This document shows positions 19,425-30,204 of a stretch of 64,000 nt of DNA, in pieces; position 1 is the stretch's first letter, and every line of letters starts with the position of its first letter. The stretch spans positions 672,001 to 736,000 of the forward strand of contig JBMNLH010000001.1 in the NCBI GenBank assembly GCA_050952625.1, in the 5' to 3' direction. A program made the position numbers and the translations under genes. The DNA comes from Bacillota bacterium. GTDB lineage: Bacteria; Bacillota; Ch66; Ch109. Below the pieces are notes generated by a model that saw nothing but the letters and a program-made list of their open reading frames with translations, did not search any database and had not been told where the DNA came from.

Positions 19425-19700
19425 ATTAATAATCGGGTAATCGTTACTGTGTTGGGTCAGGATCGAGTTGGCATAATTGCCGGCATTGCAACGGTATTAG
19501 CTGAAGCTAATATCAATATCCTTGATATCAGTCAGACTATTTTGCAGGAATTTTTTGTTATGATTGCGGTGGTGGATCTTGGTCAGGCCACAATTGATCT
19601 GGCGGAGTTACAGCAGCGGCTGGATGAAAAGGGAAAAGAGCTAGGGCTTAAGGTGACGGCTCAGCATGAAGATATCTTTCGCTTTATGCACCGAATATAA
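19425..19700 (+). CDS. ACT-domain protein (UPF0237), probable ATT start
   Basis: [34 protein letters not shown]; the conserved first strand lies upstream of GTG 19449, with an in-frame ATT at 19425 after GGGGGTGA. Confidence 0.9.
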   Translation: MNNRVIVTVLGQDRVGIIAGIATVLAEANINILDISQTILQEFFVMIAVVDLGQATIDLAELQQRLDEKGKELGLKVTAQHEDIFRFMHRI

Positions 19701-19720
19701 AGGGAGAAGGAGAGAGTATT

Positions 19721-21088
19721 GTGCCTGTCTCACTTAGTCCGGAAGAGATTATCGAAACTATCAGGATGGTAGATGTCCAGAATTTGGATATCAGGACCAT
19801 TACCCTGGGTATAAGCTTACGAGATTGTGTTGATTCGGATCTTAAGCGACTAAGTCAACGGATTTATAATAAGATTGTCTGTCTGGCCCACAACCTGGTT
19901 CAGGTCGGGGAGGAATTATCGCGCGATTATGGGATACCGATTATTAATAAAAGGATTTCAGTGACCCCTATTTCATTAGTAGCTGAGGGTTGTGCGGCGG
20001 AGGATTTTGTTCCTTTGGCGGAAACCCTGGAAAAAGCTGCTGTTGAAGTGGGGGTAAATTTTATCGGCGGTTTTTCTGCACTCGTACACAAAGGCTTGAC
20101 TCAGGGAGATGCCAAATTAATCAGCAGTATCCCACGGGCTTTAGCCTTGACTGAGCGAGTCTGCTCATCGGTTAATGTAGCGACGACTAAGGCCGGAATT
20201 AATATGGATGCGGTAATGCGGATGGGCGAGGTTATCAAAGAAACAGCAGAGTTAACTGCGGACCGTGACGGCCTCGGGTGTGCTAAATTGGTGGTTTTTT
20301 GCAATGTACCAGAAGATAATCCGTTTATGGCTGGAGCTTTCCATGGCGTAGGCGAGCCAGAGTGTACGATCAATATCGGGGTTAGCGGTCCCGGGGTGGT
20401 ACTGGATACGGTGCGCCGTTTTCAGGGAGCAGATTTTGGCACTTTATCTACCGCCATCAAACACACCGCCTTTAAGGTCACCAGAATGGGAGAACTAATT
20501 GGCCGGAGGGCATCAGAAAAACTAGGAGTACCTTTCGGGATCGTTGATCTTTCGTTGGCCCCAACGCCGGCCATCGGGGATAGCGTGGCCGACATTCTGG
20601 AAGCGATGGGTTTGGAAAGATGCGGAACCCATGGGACCACAGCCGCTTTAGCCCTCCTAAATGACGCGGTCAAGAAAGGCGGGGCTATGGCCTCGTCCTA
20701 TGTGGGAGGGTTGAGTGGGGCCTTTATCCCGGTCAGTGAAGATGCTGGGATGGTGGCGGCCTTAGAGGCCGGGGCCCTTACTTTTGATAAACTAGAAGCA
20801 ATGACCTGTGTTTGCTCAGTCGGTTTAGATATGATTGCCCTTCCGGGCGATACCCCAGCCGAGACCATTGCGGCGATAATTGCTGATGAAGCAGCGATCG
20901 GAATGATCAACCGAAAGACTACGGCCGCCCGGTTGATTCCAGTCCCTGGGAAAAAAGTCGGCGATAAAGTCGAGTTTGGTGGTTTGCTGGGAAGTTCGCC
21001 AATCATGGCAGTACACCAATTTAAGGCTGCTGGCTTTGCCAGACGAGGTGGCCGTATTCCGGCCCCCATTCAGGCTTTGACTAATTAA
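19721..21088 (+). CDS. PFL-like DUF711 (UPF0210) protein
   Basis: [44 protein letters not shown]; usual partner of the ACT gene. Confidence 0.93.
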   Translation: MPVSLSPEEIIETIRMVDVQNLDIRTITLGISLRDCVDSDLKRLSQRIYNKIVCLAHNLVQVGEELSRDYGIPIINKRISVTPISLVAEGCAAEDFVPLAETLEKAAVEVGVNFIGGFSALVHKGLTQGDAKLISSIPRALALTERVCSSVNVATTKAGINMDAVMRMGEVIKETAELTADRDGLGCAKLVVFCNVPEDNPFMAGAFHGVGEPECTINIGVSGPGVVLDTVRRFQGADFGTLSTAIKHTAFKVTRMGELIGRRASEKLGVPFGIVDLSLAPTPAIGDSVADILEAMGLERCGTHGTTAALALLNDAVKKGGAMASSYVGGLSGAFIPVSEDAGMVAALEAGALTFDKLEAMTCVCSVGLDMIALPGDTPAETIAAIIADEAAIGMINRKTTAARLIPVPGKKVGDKVEFGGLLGSSPIMAVHQFKAAGFARRGGRIPAPIQALTN

Positions 21089-21222
21089 GGTGTAAGGCGA
21101 GAGAGGTGAGGCTTGAAAAAGAGGCTTTAAGAGGTGAGCCGCAAGACGTTGCGTGAAAAATTAACGAGGATGTGGATCGCCCTTAGTTTCATTTTTTTTA
21201 AGCAAGAGGAAAGGAGAAATCG

Positions 21223-21936
21223 GTGCTTGCGTTAGTAGAGCACGGTCAGGTGATTCAATTTTGCTTTACCAGAAAAATTTTCGGTTACCGCCTGGCCCAG
21301 GTTAATGCCTTCCTGGTTGACGGTTTACTAATAGATACCGGGCCGTCAACGATGTCGCGGGAAATGATTAAAGCTGGCAAGCAATTGCGGCTGGAACAGA
21401 TTGTTAATACGCACCACCACGAGGATCATATTGGAAACAATGCAGTGTTGCAAAGAGAGTTCAGTTTGCCGATTCGAGCGCATCGGGATGCCCTGCCAGC
21501 TATCCGGCAGCCTCGGGAAAACCTTAAATTAAATCCTTATCAACGGTTGCTTTGGGGTTGGCCGACTATGGCCAAAGCTCGTCGTATTGGAAGTCACATC
21601 CGTACTCCGTCTCATTTCTTCCGAGTATTACCGACTCCCGGTCACAGTCCCGATCACATTTGTTTGTACGAAGAAAAGCAGGGTTGGTTATTTGCCGGGG
21701 ATCTGTTGTGCACTGGTTCAACACGAGGATTTCAACCGATTTGGGATCAGAAGGTGTTGCTGGATTCATTAAGAAAAGTAGCCAATCTAGATCTTTCGGT
21801 AATATTCTGTGCTTCATCCGGTTTGATACCAGATCCGAAGCGATTAATTCAGACGCGGATTACTCATTGGCGAAATAGATTGGCCGAACAAGCTAGAGAA
21901 ATAGATATAAAGCCGCAAATCGGGGTAAAATATTAA
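21223..21936 (+). CDS. MBL-fold metallo-hydrolase
   Basis: IDTG, THHHEDHIG, TPGHSPDH, FAGD. Confidence 0.92.
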   Translation: MLALVEHGQVIQFCFTRKIFGYRLAQVNAFLVDGLLIDTGPSTMSREMIKAGKQLRLEQIVNTHHHEDHIGNNAVLQREFSLPIRAHRDALPAIRQPRENLKLNPYQRLLWGWPTMAKARRIGSHIRTPSHFFRVLPTPGHSPDHICLYEEKQGWLFAGDLLCTGSTRGFQPIWDQKVLLDSLRKVANLDLSVIFCASSGLIPDPKRLIQTRITHWRNRLAEQAREIDIKPQIGVKY

Positions 21937-21954
21937 GGAGAGGAGGGTGTAGCC

Positions 21955-22350
21955 TTGGAACCATCTGATATCAAAAAATCTGGGGAAAAGGGACAACCTC
22001 CTTTTTTCAAAAAGGGGTCTTTTTTTCCGCTAGCTCAGTCTGGTGAGGAGAACTTGCCGGGGCTAATTCACTGGCTAATCGAAAAAATGACAGACTTAAC
22101 CTTAGCAATGGAAAAAATGAATTTAGCAGAGTATATTCATTTGCTAAATCGCCCCGGACGTCTGTTGTATATTAATTTTATTGCCGGAGTGGCTCGAGGT
22201 TTTGGTATTGCTGTCGGTTTTGCTCTGCTTGGGGCGGTTCTGGTCTATCTATTACAAAAGCTAATGTTTTTAAATCTTCCCTTGATCGGTGATTTTATCG
22301 CCGATATTGTGGAAATGGTTCAGGCACAGATTCAAAACCGGCGTATTTAA
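21955..22350 (+). CDS. DUF5665-like small membrane protein
   Basis: AEY..LL..P.RL..INF.AG.ARGFG and LPLIGDFIA. Confidence 0.75.
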   Translation: MEPSDIKKSGEKGQPPFFKKGSFFPLAQSGEENLPGLIHWLIEKMTDLTLAMEKMNLAEYIHLLNRPGRLLYINFIAGVARGFGIAVGFALLGAVLVYLLQKLMFLNLPLIGDFIADIVEMVQAQIQNRRI

Positions 22351-22385
22351 GAGTATTATTATATATAAGAGCAGGTGTAGTTAAC

Positions 22386-23093
22386 TTGGACTGGCAGAAA
22401 CAGAAAGAGCAATTGTTGACGCAAAAACAGGAAATTGAAAAAAGCTTAAGCAACCTGACTGAAGCCGGCCTGGGTGAATCAATGGCTGATTCAGTTGAGG
22501 AACTATCTAGCTATGATAATCATCCGGCTGATCTTGGCAGTGAAATGTTTGAGCGGAGTAAGGATCTGGCCTTACGGGATAATTTGCGAATTCAACTGGT
22601 TAAAATAAACGGTGCCTTGCAAGCAATAGACGCTGGAACATATGGCAATTGCTCAGAATGCGGCAATCCAATCTCCGAAGAACGACTAACTGCCATGCCT
22701 TCAACGACGTTGTGTCTTGAGTGCAAAGCAAAAGAAGAATTGTTGGATCAGCATCCTCGTCCGGTTGAGGAGGAGGTTATCGAACTGCCCTTTGGGAAAC
22801 ATGGTTACGACTTGGAGGATGAGGCTAAACAGAGTGGAGTCGGTTTTGATGGTGAGGATGCCTGGCAGGAAGTGGCCCGTTTTGGGGAACACGCCCAGGG
22901 ATCAGGGGCTGGGGCTTATTATGGAGACCTGGATCTGGATGAAACCAGGGGATCGGTTGAAGCAGTAGAAGAAATCCCCTACATTAAGGGAGCAGATGGA
23001 CTGTTCTATGAAGACTTTTATGGCCATGACGATGAAAATTCGCCGAGAGAACGGTTAATCGGTGATGAGCGGCCGGACAAGTTAAATAACTAA
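22386..23093 (+). CDS. YteA-family TraR/DksA C4 zinc-finger sporulation protein
   Basis: ELSSYDNHPADLGSEMFER, GTYGNCSECG..ERL..P...CLEC, RPVEE, FDGEDAWQEV. Confidence 0.92.
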   Translation: MDWQKQKEQLLTQKQEIEKSLSNLTEAGLGESMADSVEELSSYDNHPADLGSEMFERSKDLALRDNLRIQLVKINGALQAIDAGTYGNCSECGNPISEERLTAMPSTTLCLECKAKEELLDQHPRPVEEEVIELPFGKHGYDLEDEAKQSGVGFDGEDAWQEVARFGEHAQGSGAGAYYGDLDLDETRGSVEAVEEIPYIKGADGLFYEDFYGHDDENSPRERLIGDERPDKLNN

Positions 23094-23131
23094 TTATCAT
23101 AAAATGTGATTGAGATTCAGGAGGGAGCATC

Positions 23132-24310
23132 GTGAGAATAGGCGTATTCAGCGATAGCTACAAACCTTATGTTAGCGGGGTCGTTAATTCCATTGAGACA
23201 TTTACTCAGGAACTCCGTTCTTTAGGTCATGAAGTCTATATTTTCGCCCCTAATTATCCCAATTTACAGGCGAGACCCGTTGAAGAGTTTGGGATTTTTC
23301 GCTTTCATTCCGTACCAGCCCCAACCAATCGTGATTATAGCCTAGCGATACCCTTCTCCTTTAAGTTTGGGCCTGCTTTAAAGGCATTAAATCTGGATTT
23401 GATTCATGTCCATACTCCCTTTATTCTGGGGCAGGTGGGGGCGATTCAGGCTCGCCGGTTAAACCTCCCCTTGGTCTTTACGTACCACACCCTCTATGAA
23501 CAGTATGTCCACTATGTACCAATTAACCAAAACTTTACTCGGGAGGTTGTGGTTCGGTACAGTCGTCATTTTTGTAATCATTGTGACTTGGTAATTACCC
23601 CTACCGGTAAAGTCAAAGACCTGTTGGTTAATTACGGCGTCCGGAAACCGATCCAGGTTATTCCAACCGGGATTGACCTGAACCGTTTCAGTCAGGGAGA
23701 TGCGCAATGGCTGCGGCGTCGGTTTGAACTGGATCCATTAGATAAGGTCTTACTTTTTGTTGGACGTTTGACTAAAGAAAAAAATGTGGACTTCCTAATC
23801 CAGGCTTTTGCCCAGATACAAAAACAGTATCCTCGAACTGTTCTGGTTATAGTCGCCGGTGGACCAGAGGAGAACAATCTGAAAACGCTGGTTCAAAATT
23901 TACGATTAGAAAAACAGGTAATTTTTACCGGTCGATTAACGGGGGCGGATTTGGTTAATGCTTATCATGGCGCGGACATCTTTGTTTTCCCCTCGGTGAC
24001 AGAAACCCAGGGCTTAGTTATTCTAGAAGCGATGGCAGCCGGCCTTCCAGTCGCTGCTGTTGATGCCAATGGGGTATCGGACATGATAAGTCCCGGGGTA
24101 GACGGCATCCTGACCCAATATTCAATAGAATCCTTTGCCAATGGAGTTTGCCAATTACTCGGGGATGAAAAGAAACTGGAGTCAATGGTTACAGCCGCCC
24201 TTAATAAAGCGTTTGATTTATCCTCGGCTAGGATGGCTGTGCGGTTAGAAGAAGCCTACCAGAATGTCCTTCAAAATAGGTGGGGTCTTGACCGAAGGAT
24301 CACAAGTTAG
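23132..24310 (+). CDS. Glycosyltransferase family 4 (diacylglycerol glucosyltransferase-like)
   Basis: SDSYKPYVSGV, HVHTPF, YHTLYE, ETQGLVILEAMAAG. Confidence 0.93.
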   Translation: MRIGVFSDSYKPYVSGVVNSIETFTQELRSLGHEVYIFAPNYPNLQARPVEEFGIFRFHSVPAPTNRDYSLAIPFSFKFGPALKALNLDLIHVHTPFILGQVGAIQARRLNLPLVFTYHTLYEQYVHYVPINQNFTREVVVRYSRHFCNHCDLVITPTGKVKDLLVNYGVRKPIQVIPTGIDLNRFSQGDAQWLRRRFELDPLDKVLLFVGRLTKEKNVDFLIQAFAQIQKQYPRTVLVIVAGGPEENNLKTLVQNLRLEKQVIFTGRLTGADLVNAYHGADIFVFPSVTETQGLVILEAMAAGLPVAAVDANGVSDMISPGVDGILTQYSIESFANGVCQLLGDEKKLESMVTAALNKAFDLSSARMAVRLEEAYQNVLQNRWGLDRRITS

Positions 24311-24332
24311 AACAACAATTTGTATAATCTTT

Positions 24333-24397
24333 GTCATTGCTATGAATACAGCCATCGTGGTGCAAGCAACGCGTGACTAATTCTGAGCGAAGCGAGG
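24333..24397 (+). repeat. Dispersed repeat family B, copy 1 (internally shortened)
   Basis: GTCATTGCTATGAATA...ATCGTGGTGC..CAACGCGTGA..AATTCTGAGCGAAGCGAG. Confidence 0.75.
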
Positions 24398-24438
24398 TTA
24401 AACGGAAAAATAATCAAACTGGGAGGGTATGCAGTAGG

Positions 24439-24843
24439 GTGGTTCAGGCAGATAAGCTTTATCAGCAGTTTGAGAAGGATGCCTTGGCGAAACTGCTAGG
24501 GATCCAAATTATTGATATTCAACCCGGCTACGCCCGCACTCATCTTGAGGTTAATTCAAATCTGGTTAACGCTCTAGGCATGACCCATGGCAGTACGGTT
24601 TTTGCCCTGGTGGACATGGCTTTGGCGGCTGCCAGCAACTCGCGGGATAAGGTGGCGGTTGCGCAAAACGTTAGCATTCATTTTATGAAGGCAACCCATC
24701 CCGGGGATCAACTATACGCTACGGCTACGGAAGAAAACTTGACGAACCGGACCGGTATCTACCGAATAGTGGTCGAAAACGAAGCGGGAGAGAAGATTGC
24801 GGTGGCAACCGGAACCGCTTACCGGACTGGTAGTGGTCATTAA
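24439..24843 (+). CDS. PaaI-family hotdog thioesterase
   Basis: LLGIQI, N..GMTHGSTVFALVD, LYATA.E....RTGIY; GTG start follows GGGAGG. Confidence 0.9.
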   Translation: MVQADKLYQQFEKDALAKLLGIQIIDIQPGYARTHLEVNSNLVNALGMTHGSTVFALVDMALAAASNSRDKVAVAQNVSIHFMKATHPGDQLYATATEENLTNRTGIYRIVVENEAGEKIAVATGTAYRTGSGH

Positions 24844-25013
24844 CCAAGTTCAGCGCGAAATTTGCTATATTTAGTGCATGGCTAATATTTTGGTATTAGC
24901 CTATTTCTTTGTTAGTAGCAAGAGTGATCAATGAGAATAATTTCAAAATCATCGGCATTGTAGATAATTTGATATTTAATGTCTAACGGTTAAGAATAGA
25001 GAAAGCAGCCGGT

Positions 25014-25451
25014 TTATGGCTGCTTTTCTATTGACTTTATGCCAAGGGCTTCTTTGATAGAAGTTTGAAGGAGCTGCGAGAAATTAAGCCCCGCTTCTTC
25101 CCCAGCATCACGCAACCATTTGGGTAATGTGCAGTTTTTAGTTACCGCTTTGTTTAAAGATTCATTGCGATATGGTGGTAAATAAATCTCTACAAACACA
25201 ATTCGGTCACTCGACTCAAGTAATTCAATGTTTTCAGGGTCAGATGGGGTGGGGAGCTGTCGCCCTTGCTCCTCCAATTCTAAGGCAAGGTTAGCGAGCA
25301 TTTCTTTTGCCCGTCGGATACCATCGGTAAGATCGGTACTGAGAATGGCGGTACCAGGGAAATCGGGGAAATACATACCTATTCCGCCATCTTCTGCTTT
25401 CTCAACTACGATCGGGTATATTAAATGGTTTTTGTAAGACATGAAATTCAC
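25014..25451 (-). CDS. hicB: HicB family antitoxin
   Basis: YPIV, YFPDFPG, LPTPS, KNCTLPKWL...GLNFSQLLQ ribbon-helix-helix tail. Confidence 0.92.
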   Translation of the reverse strand: MNFMSYKNHLIYPIVVEKAEDGGIGMYFPDFPGTAILSTDLTDGIRRAKEMLANLALELEEQGRQLPTPSDPENIELLESSDRIVFVEIYLPPYRNESLNKAVTKNCTLPKWLRDAGEEAGLNFSQLLQTSIKEALGIKSIEKQP

Positions 25452-25494
25452 TCCTTCTGTGCATTGCGTAATTATCTTAGGATTTATCAGGAGA

Positions 25495-25710
25495 TTAGAA
25501 TTTAACTCCTGACGTGCGTTCTATACTTTTAAGTGTACCTTTGGGGACTACCTGACCACTATTGTGGTAACTGATATCAGCGTACCTCGTTGGATCATCT
25601 TTATGTATGTATCGTTGGTGGCTACTACCGCTTCCGTGGCTTGGGGATTTAATGAAACCCTCTTGCTTTAGGGTTCGTAGTATTTCTCTAACTGTGATTT
25701 GCTTTCCCAA
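25495..25710 (-). CDS. hicA: HicA family mRNA interferase toxin
   Basis: 71 aa, REIL..L...GF, GSSHQ.Y.H, VPKGTLKSI; immediately upstream of hicB. Confidence 0.9.
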   Translation of the reverse strand: MGKQITVREILRTLKQEGFIKSPSHGSGSSHQRYIHKDDPTRYADISYHNSGQVVPKGTLKSIERTSGVKF

Positions 25711-25733
25711 ATCGTGCCCCCCTTCCTGTTATA

Positions 25734-25763
25734 ATTATAACACGCATAAATAGTGCGCATCAA
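25734..25763 (-). promoter_or_regulatory. hicAB promoter with a palindromic operator-like site in the spacer
   Basis: TTGATG-N18-TATAAT on the minus strand, overlapped by an imperfect CGCA-taaatag-TGCG palindrome. Confidence 0.55.
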
Positions 25764-25887
25764 TAGAGGGGATAATAATATTGTAAATGTTGCGATAAGT
25801 ATAATCTATAATTCGGGAGAGTGATGAGTAATGGTTTTTGAAAAAGTTTAAGCGGTAGTACCTGGCGATTTCTAAAAGTCACCAATA

Positions 25888-25932
25888 TAAAACAGGAGGG
25901 ATTTCAGCTGCCAAAGCTGCCCCTCCTGTTTT
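25888..25932 (-). terminator. Terminator after the LysM-GH18 gene
   Basis: AAAACAGGAGGG...CCCTCCTGTTTT. Confidence 0.75.
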
Positions 25933-25945
25933 AGAGTGTGACTAA

Positions 25946-27340
25946 TTAGCGATTTTCCTGAATAGTTTGCCAGATTGCTGGATCCTCCATACCTAGCCGC
26001 CAGAGGGCTACCCCAGCCAAATTATATTCACTAACCAGGTTAAGTTTGCTTTTCAGACTATAAGCATTCTCATACCAAACCTCATGGTAGTGCTGGTTAA
26101 CCGGGTCAACGTAGGAGAAATACGGGGTCTGGGTAGCTTCATCAAAGACGGGGGATGCGTTATAATCCCGAACTCGCCGCATCGCCATTTCATGAGTCAG
26201 GTAGGTATGCTGATCAGTATTCAGGTTAAAATCAAAGCCGAAAACCGGTTCGGCTAGAACTATCTTATGCCTCGGAATCTGAGTGATCGCGTAGTTGATC
26301 ACTGACTGATTAAAACCAATCGAAGAAACCGGCCCCGGTCCGCTTCCCGGAAAGCCATGCTCATTATACATCATCAGCATTACCTGATCAGCCGCTTGGC
26401 CGATGGCGGCGTAATCATAAGGAGCGGTCCAGGAAATATGCCAGCTTTCTCGCTCCTTGGCTGGAATAGCCACGGTAAAAAGGTAACCTCTGGCCCTTAG
26501 TTGATCCCCCAGCTCTTGGTAGAAAAGCGATAGCTTTTCTCGATCACTGACTCGAATACCCTCAAAATCCATATTAACGCCATCAAATCCATAGAACTCA
26601 ATCAAACGAATGATGTTGGCAATACATTGACTTCTGGATTCCGGTGTAGACAACATCTGCGTGACCAAGTTTTTAGTTAAGGATTTGTTCGGGTATAAAA
26701 AGTTGTGGATTACCGGGATGACCGGAACATTCTGTTGGTGGGCAGTAGCGACCAAGCGACGGACCTCGGATGTTTTCAGCGGTTCACTTGCCTCTATATC
26801 AGTACAGTCATACTGATTAAGGCGAAACCAAAAGGGAGCCAACTGCGTTAAGTTGTCCATATGGGCCAAGGTTGACCAGGAAGAAGAGGGCAAATTGCTT
26901 TCCTCTTCTGTATAATAGCCAGTAATGGAAACCATTGGACGGGATTTTTCTCTGGTATCTATTTTGAGAACTTGTCCCACATAGATTAAATCACTGGCTA
27001 GGTAGTTTAACCGCTTTATTTCATTGATTGTTGTCGCGTATTTTTTAGCGATCAGATACAAGCTTTCTCCCTTAGTTACCGTATGGGTCTGCGCCGAAAA
27101 GGGAACCGCCAAAACTTGTCCCACGTAAATGAGGTCACTCTTGAGTCCGTTAATTTGTTTAATCTGTTCTACTGTGGTTTGCTGTTCTTGGGCAATCTTA
27201 TATAAGGTATCACCGGGAACGACCACATAATGGTCCTGGGCATTGACCCCGGACGGGGCGTGAAAGAAACTAAACAGCAAAAAGATCGGCAGCAGTAACA
27301 TGATGCTGAATCTAATCTTCATTTGTTGCTTGCTTAGCAC
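25946..27340 (-). CDS. Secreted 2xLysM + glycoside hydrolase family 18 protein (YaaH/SleL-like)
   Basis: Signal peptide, two GD/ESLY.IA..LIYVGQVL LysM repeats, FDGVNMDFE, HEVWYEN, WRLGMED. Confidence 0.92.
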   Translation of the reverse strand: MLSKQQMKIRFSIMLLLPIFLLFSFFHAPSGVNAQDHYVVVPGDTLYKIAQEQQTTVEQIKQINGLKSDLIYVGQVLAVPFSAQTHTVTKGESLYLIAKKYATTINEIKRLNYLASDLIYVGQVLKIDTREKSRPMVSITGYYTEEESNLPSSSWSTLAHMDNLTQLAPFWFRLNQYDCTDIEASEPLKTSEVRRLVATAHQQNVPVIPVIHNFLYPNKSLTKNLVTQMLSTPESRSQCIANIIRLIEFYGFDGVNMDFEGIRVSDREKLSLFYQELGDQLRARGYLFTVAIPAKERESWHISWTAPYDYAAIGQAADQVMLMMYNEHGFPGSGPGPVSSIGFNQSVINYAITQIPRHKIVLAEPVFGFDFNLNTDQHTYLTHEMAMRRVRDYNASPVFDEATQTPYFSYVDPVNQHYHEVWYENAYSLKSKLNLVSEYNLAGVALWRLGMEDPAIWQTIQENR

Positions 27341-27667
27341 CTCCTTTAGTAAGAATAAATCCTTAACGGGAATCGATGACTGCCCAGACTCGATTATACC
27401 TTATCTATAGTGAATGCAGGGTAGAGAATGAATGGCTGGTTAGCCGTTTTTTGTCAGAGCATATAACACGACAAATGCAACTGCCTTTTAGATGCTGATG
27501 CAATGAGTGGTCTTCGATAACTTGATACTTTGAGCATGTTCGGGCTATAATTGGTTTGCTGGAAAGATTATTTTCCTTTGTGGGATTGATGACCGTCAAT
27601 GCGAAAACTGCTTATCGGCCGGGATCCAAGCGGGATTTATTAGCAGGAATAGTCATGAGGTGGACTG

Positions 27668-28114
27668 ATGTTTTTTTGGACAATTGCGGCAGCTGCTTTA
27701 GCAGCTGACCAGATCATAAAATATTTGGTGCAAACCCATTTGATTCCCTGGGAATCACTCCCCATCATTCCGGGTATTCTACATCTTACTTATGTCCGAA
27801 ATCCTGGGGCCGCCTTTGGCATGTTCGCCAATTGGACCTGGGTGTTCGTCTTGGTTAGCTTAGCGGTGATTGGTTTGCTTGTGTTTTTATACCCGCGGAT
27901 CGCTAACCAAGGCCGTTTGTTTCAATTAGCCCTGGCTTTAGAGGCGGGGGGAGCAACTGGAAACCTAATTGACCGGCTGCGGTTTGGCGTAGTAATTGAC
28001 TTTATAGATTTTCGTATCTGGCCAGTTTTTAATATTGCCGACATGGCCATTGTGACCGGAGCAGTTTTATTAGCTTATACCATCTTGAAACAGCCGGCAG
28101 ACGAAAGTATCTGA
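27668..28114 (+). CDS. lspA: Lipoprotein signal peptidase II
   Basis: DQ..K, RNPGAAFG, GNLIDR, VIDFI, FNIAD. Confidence 0.97.
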   Translation: MFFWTIAAAALAADQIIKYLVQTHLIPWESLPIIPGILHLTYVRNPGAAFGMFANWTWVFVLVSLAVIGLLVFLYPRIANQGRLFQLALALEAGGATGNLIDRLRFGVVIDFIDFRIWPVFNIADMAIVTGAVLLAYTILKQPADESI

Positions 28115-28119
28115 TAGTT

Positions 28120-28189
28120 TTCCGTTTGTGCTTAAGCTCGGTCAGCAGGCGGATATCTGCGTATAAACACCGCGTCGTAGATTTTTCAA
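28120..28189 (+). repeat. Internally deleted copy of family C
   Basis: GTGCTTAAGCTCGGTCAGCA (left arm) and GTATAAACACCGCGTCGTAGATTTTTCAAA (right end) match 4272-4292 and 4421-4449. Confidence 0.55.
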
Positions 28190-29179
28190 ATGAGGACTAA
28201 GATGATTAATGATAAACTGGATGAGATCATGCAAACAAGCAGTCCCGATCTAGTTGCTTCAGCCTACCATGCCCTAGTTGTACCACTGGCTGACGAAGGC
28301 CAGCGAGTAGATACCTGGATAGTTGCTCAACTGAAGGAGTTATCGCGGACCTTTGTGCAGAAGTTAATAGAAGAGGGCCAGGTTAAGGTTAATGGCGAGA
28401 AGGTTCGGGCAAACTACCGGGTATCTGCTGGAGATTATCTGGAGGTTGAAATTCCAACAGCGACAGACCTGGAAGTTAAACCCCAGGCTATCCCGCTTGA
28501 AATAATCTATGAGGATCAGGATGTGCTAGTCATTAATAAACCACCGGGAATGGTGGTGCATCCAGCCCACGGTAACTATGAAGGAACCTTGGTCAATGCC
28601 TTGTTGGCACATTGCCATGACCTTTCCGGGATTGGCGGCGTTAATCGTCCGGGGATCGTGCACCGGCTGGACAAGGATACTTCGGGCCTGTTGATGGTGG
28701 CAAAAAACGATTTGGCGCATCAAAGATTATCCGAACAAATCAAAGAGAGACAAGTCATTCGGCGTTACCTGGCCTTGGTTCATGGCCGAATTCAAGCATT
28801 GACCGGCCGAATTGAAGCCCCGATTGGTCGGGATCCGCGCGATCGCAAGAAGATGGCAGTCAATATCAACCGAGGGAAGCCGGCGATAACCCACTACCGG
28901 GTGCTGGAGCATTTGGGCGTTTACACGCTGATAGAAGCTCGATTAGAAACCGGCCGGACGCATCAGATTAGGGTCCACTTGGCTTATCTTGGACATCCAG
29001 TGGTCGGGGATCCGGTTTACGGGCCGCGTCGGCAGCATTTGGGTTTAAGTGGTCAGTGGCTGCACGCCGGGGTTCTAGGTTTTAAACATCCGCGATCCGG
29101 CGAAGAGTTAGAGTTCACGGTGCCAGCACCCCCACAATTTATGGAAATCCTTGAAAAACTGAGATACAAAGGAGAATAG
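28190..29179 (+). CDS. RluA/RluD-family pseudouridine synthase
   Basis: S4 domain, NKPPGMVVHP, HRLDKDTSG, ETGRTHQIRVH. Confidence 0.96.
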   Translation: MRTKMINDKLDEIMQTSSPDLVASAYHALVVPLADEGQRVDTWIVAQLKELSRTFVQKLIEEGQVKVNGEKVRANYRVSAGDYLEVEIPTATDLEVKPQAIPLEIIYEDQDVLVINKPPGMVVHPAHGNYEGTLVNALLAHCHDLSGIGGVNRPGIVHRLDKDTSGLLMVAKNDLAHQRLSEQIKERQVIRRYLALVHGRIQALTGRIEAPIGRDPRDRKKMAVNINRGKPAITHYRVLEHLGVYTLIEARLETGRTHQIRVHLAYLGHPVVGDPVYGPRRQHLGLSGQWLHAGVLGFKHPRSGEELEFTVPAPPQFMEILEKLRYKGE

Positions 29180-29229
29180 ATAGCTATACTTAGCGGCACC
29201 AGGTCGATTACTCAAGACTAAACTTTTTG

Positions 29230-29267
29230 TTGACAAAGGTTTGACAATAGCCTAAAATTGCTATAGT
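29230..29267 (+). promoter_or_regulatory. pyr operon sigmaA promoter(s)
   Basis: TTGACA(29230)-N17-TAAAAT, plus an overlapping TTGACA(29241)..TGcTATAGT. Confidence 0.7.
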
Positions 29268-29273
29268 CAAAAA

Positions 29274-29392
29274 CACCTTTAATACAGTCCCGAGAGGCTG
29301 GCAAGGTACCAATATATTTAGTGTAATAGTGTAATAGCGTAAGGAATCTGTTACACCCGGAAGTGCCTGCTGCCGATAAGGAGCAGGTTTTT
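29274..29392 (+). promoter_or_regulatory. PyrR-binding attenuator 1
   Basis: CCTTTAA..AGTCCCGAGAGGCT..AAGG binding loop; downstream CCTGCT..AGCAGG-TTTTT terminator. Confidence 0.88.
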
Positions 29393-29410
29393 AGTTTGCT
29401 GAAGGAATGA

Positions 29411-30001
<591 letters not shown>

Positions 30002-30030
30002 GGCGGACCTCAGCCATTACTGATCCAAGG

Positions 30031-30133
30031 CCCCTTTAAACTAGTTCTGTGAGACTGGTAAGGGAATTGATGCTGATCCGGCCATTTTTGCCTGCATCTC
30101 TCTACCAGTGTCCAGACTGGTAGAGAGTTTTTT
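30031..30133 (+). promoter_or_regulatory. PyrR-binding attenuator 2
   Basis: CCCTTTAA.CTAGTTCTGTGAGACTGG.AAGGG; terminator CTCTCTACCAGT..ACTGGTAGAGAG-T6; the upstream ACTGGTA can pair with TACCAGT as an antiterminator. Confidence 0.85.
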
Positions 30134-30204
30134 ATTTTAGGGTTTATCAAATTTAATAATATGGCGCATTTGTTTAATCTATTTAAAGAAAGGAAGGTCA
30201 CTAT

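Noticed and set aside
24373-24438. N-terminal extension of the PaaI thioesterase
   Set aside because: Starts inside a family B repeat; the RBS supports the GTG at 24439.
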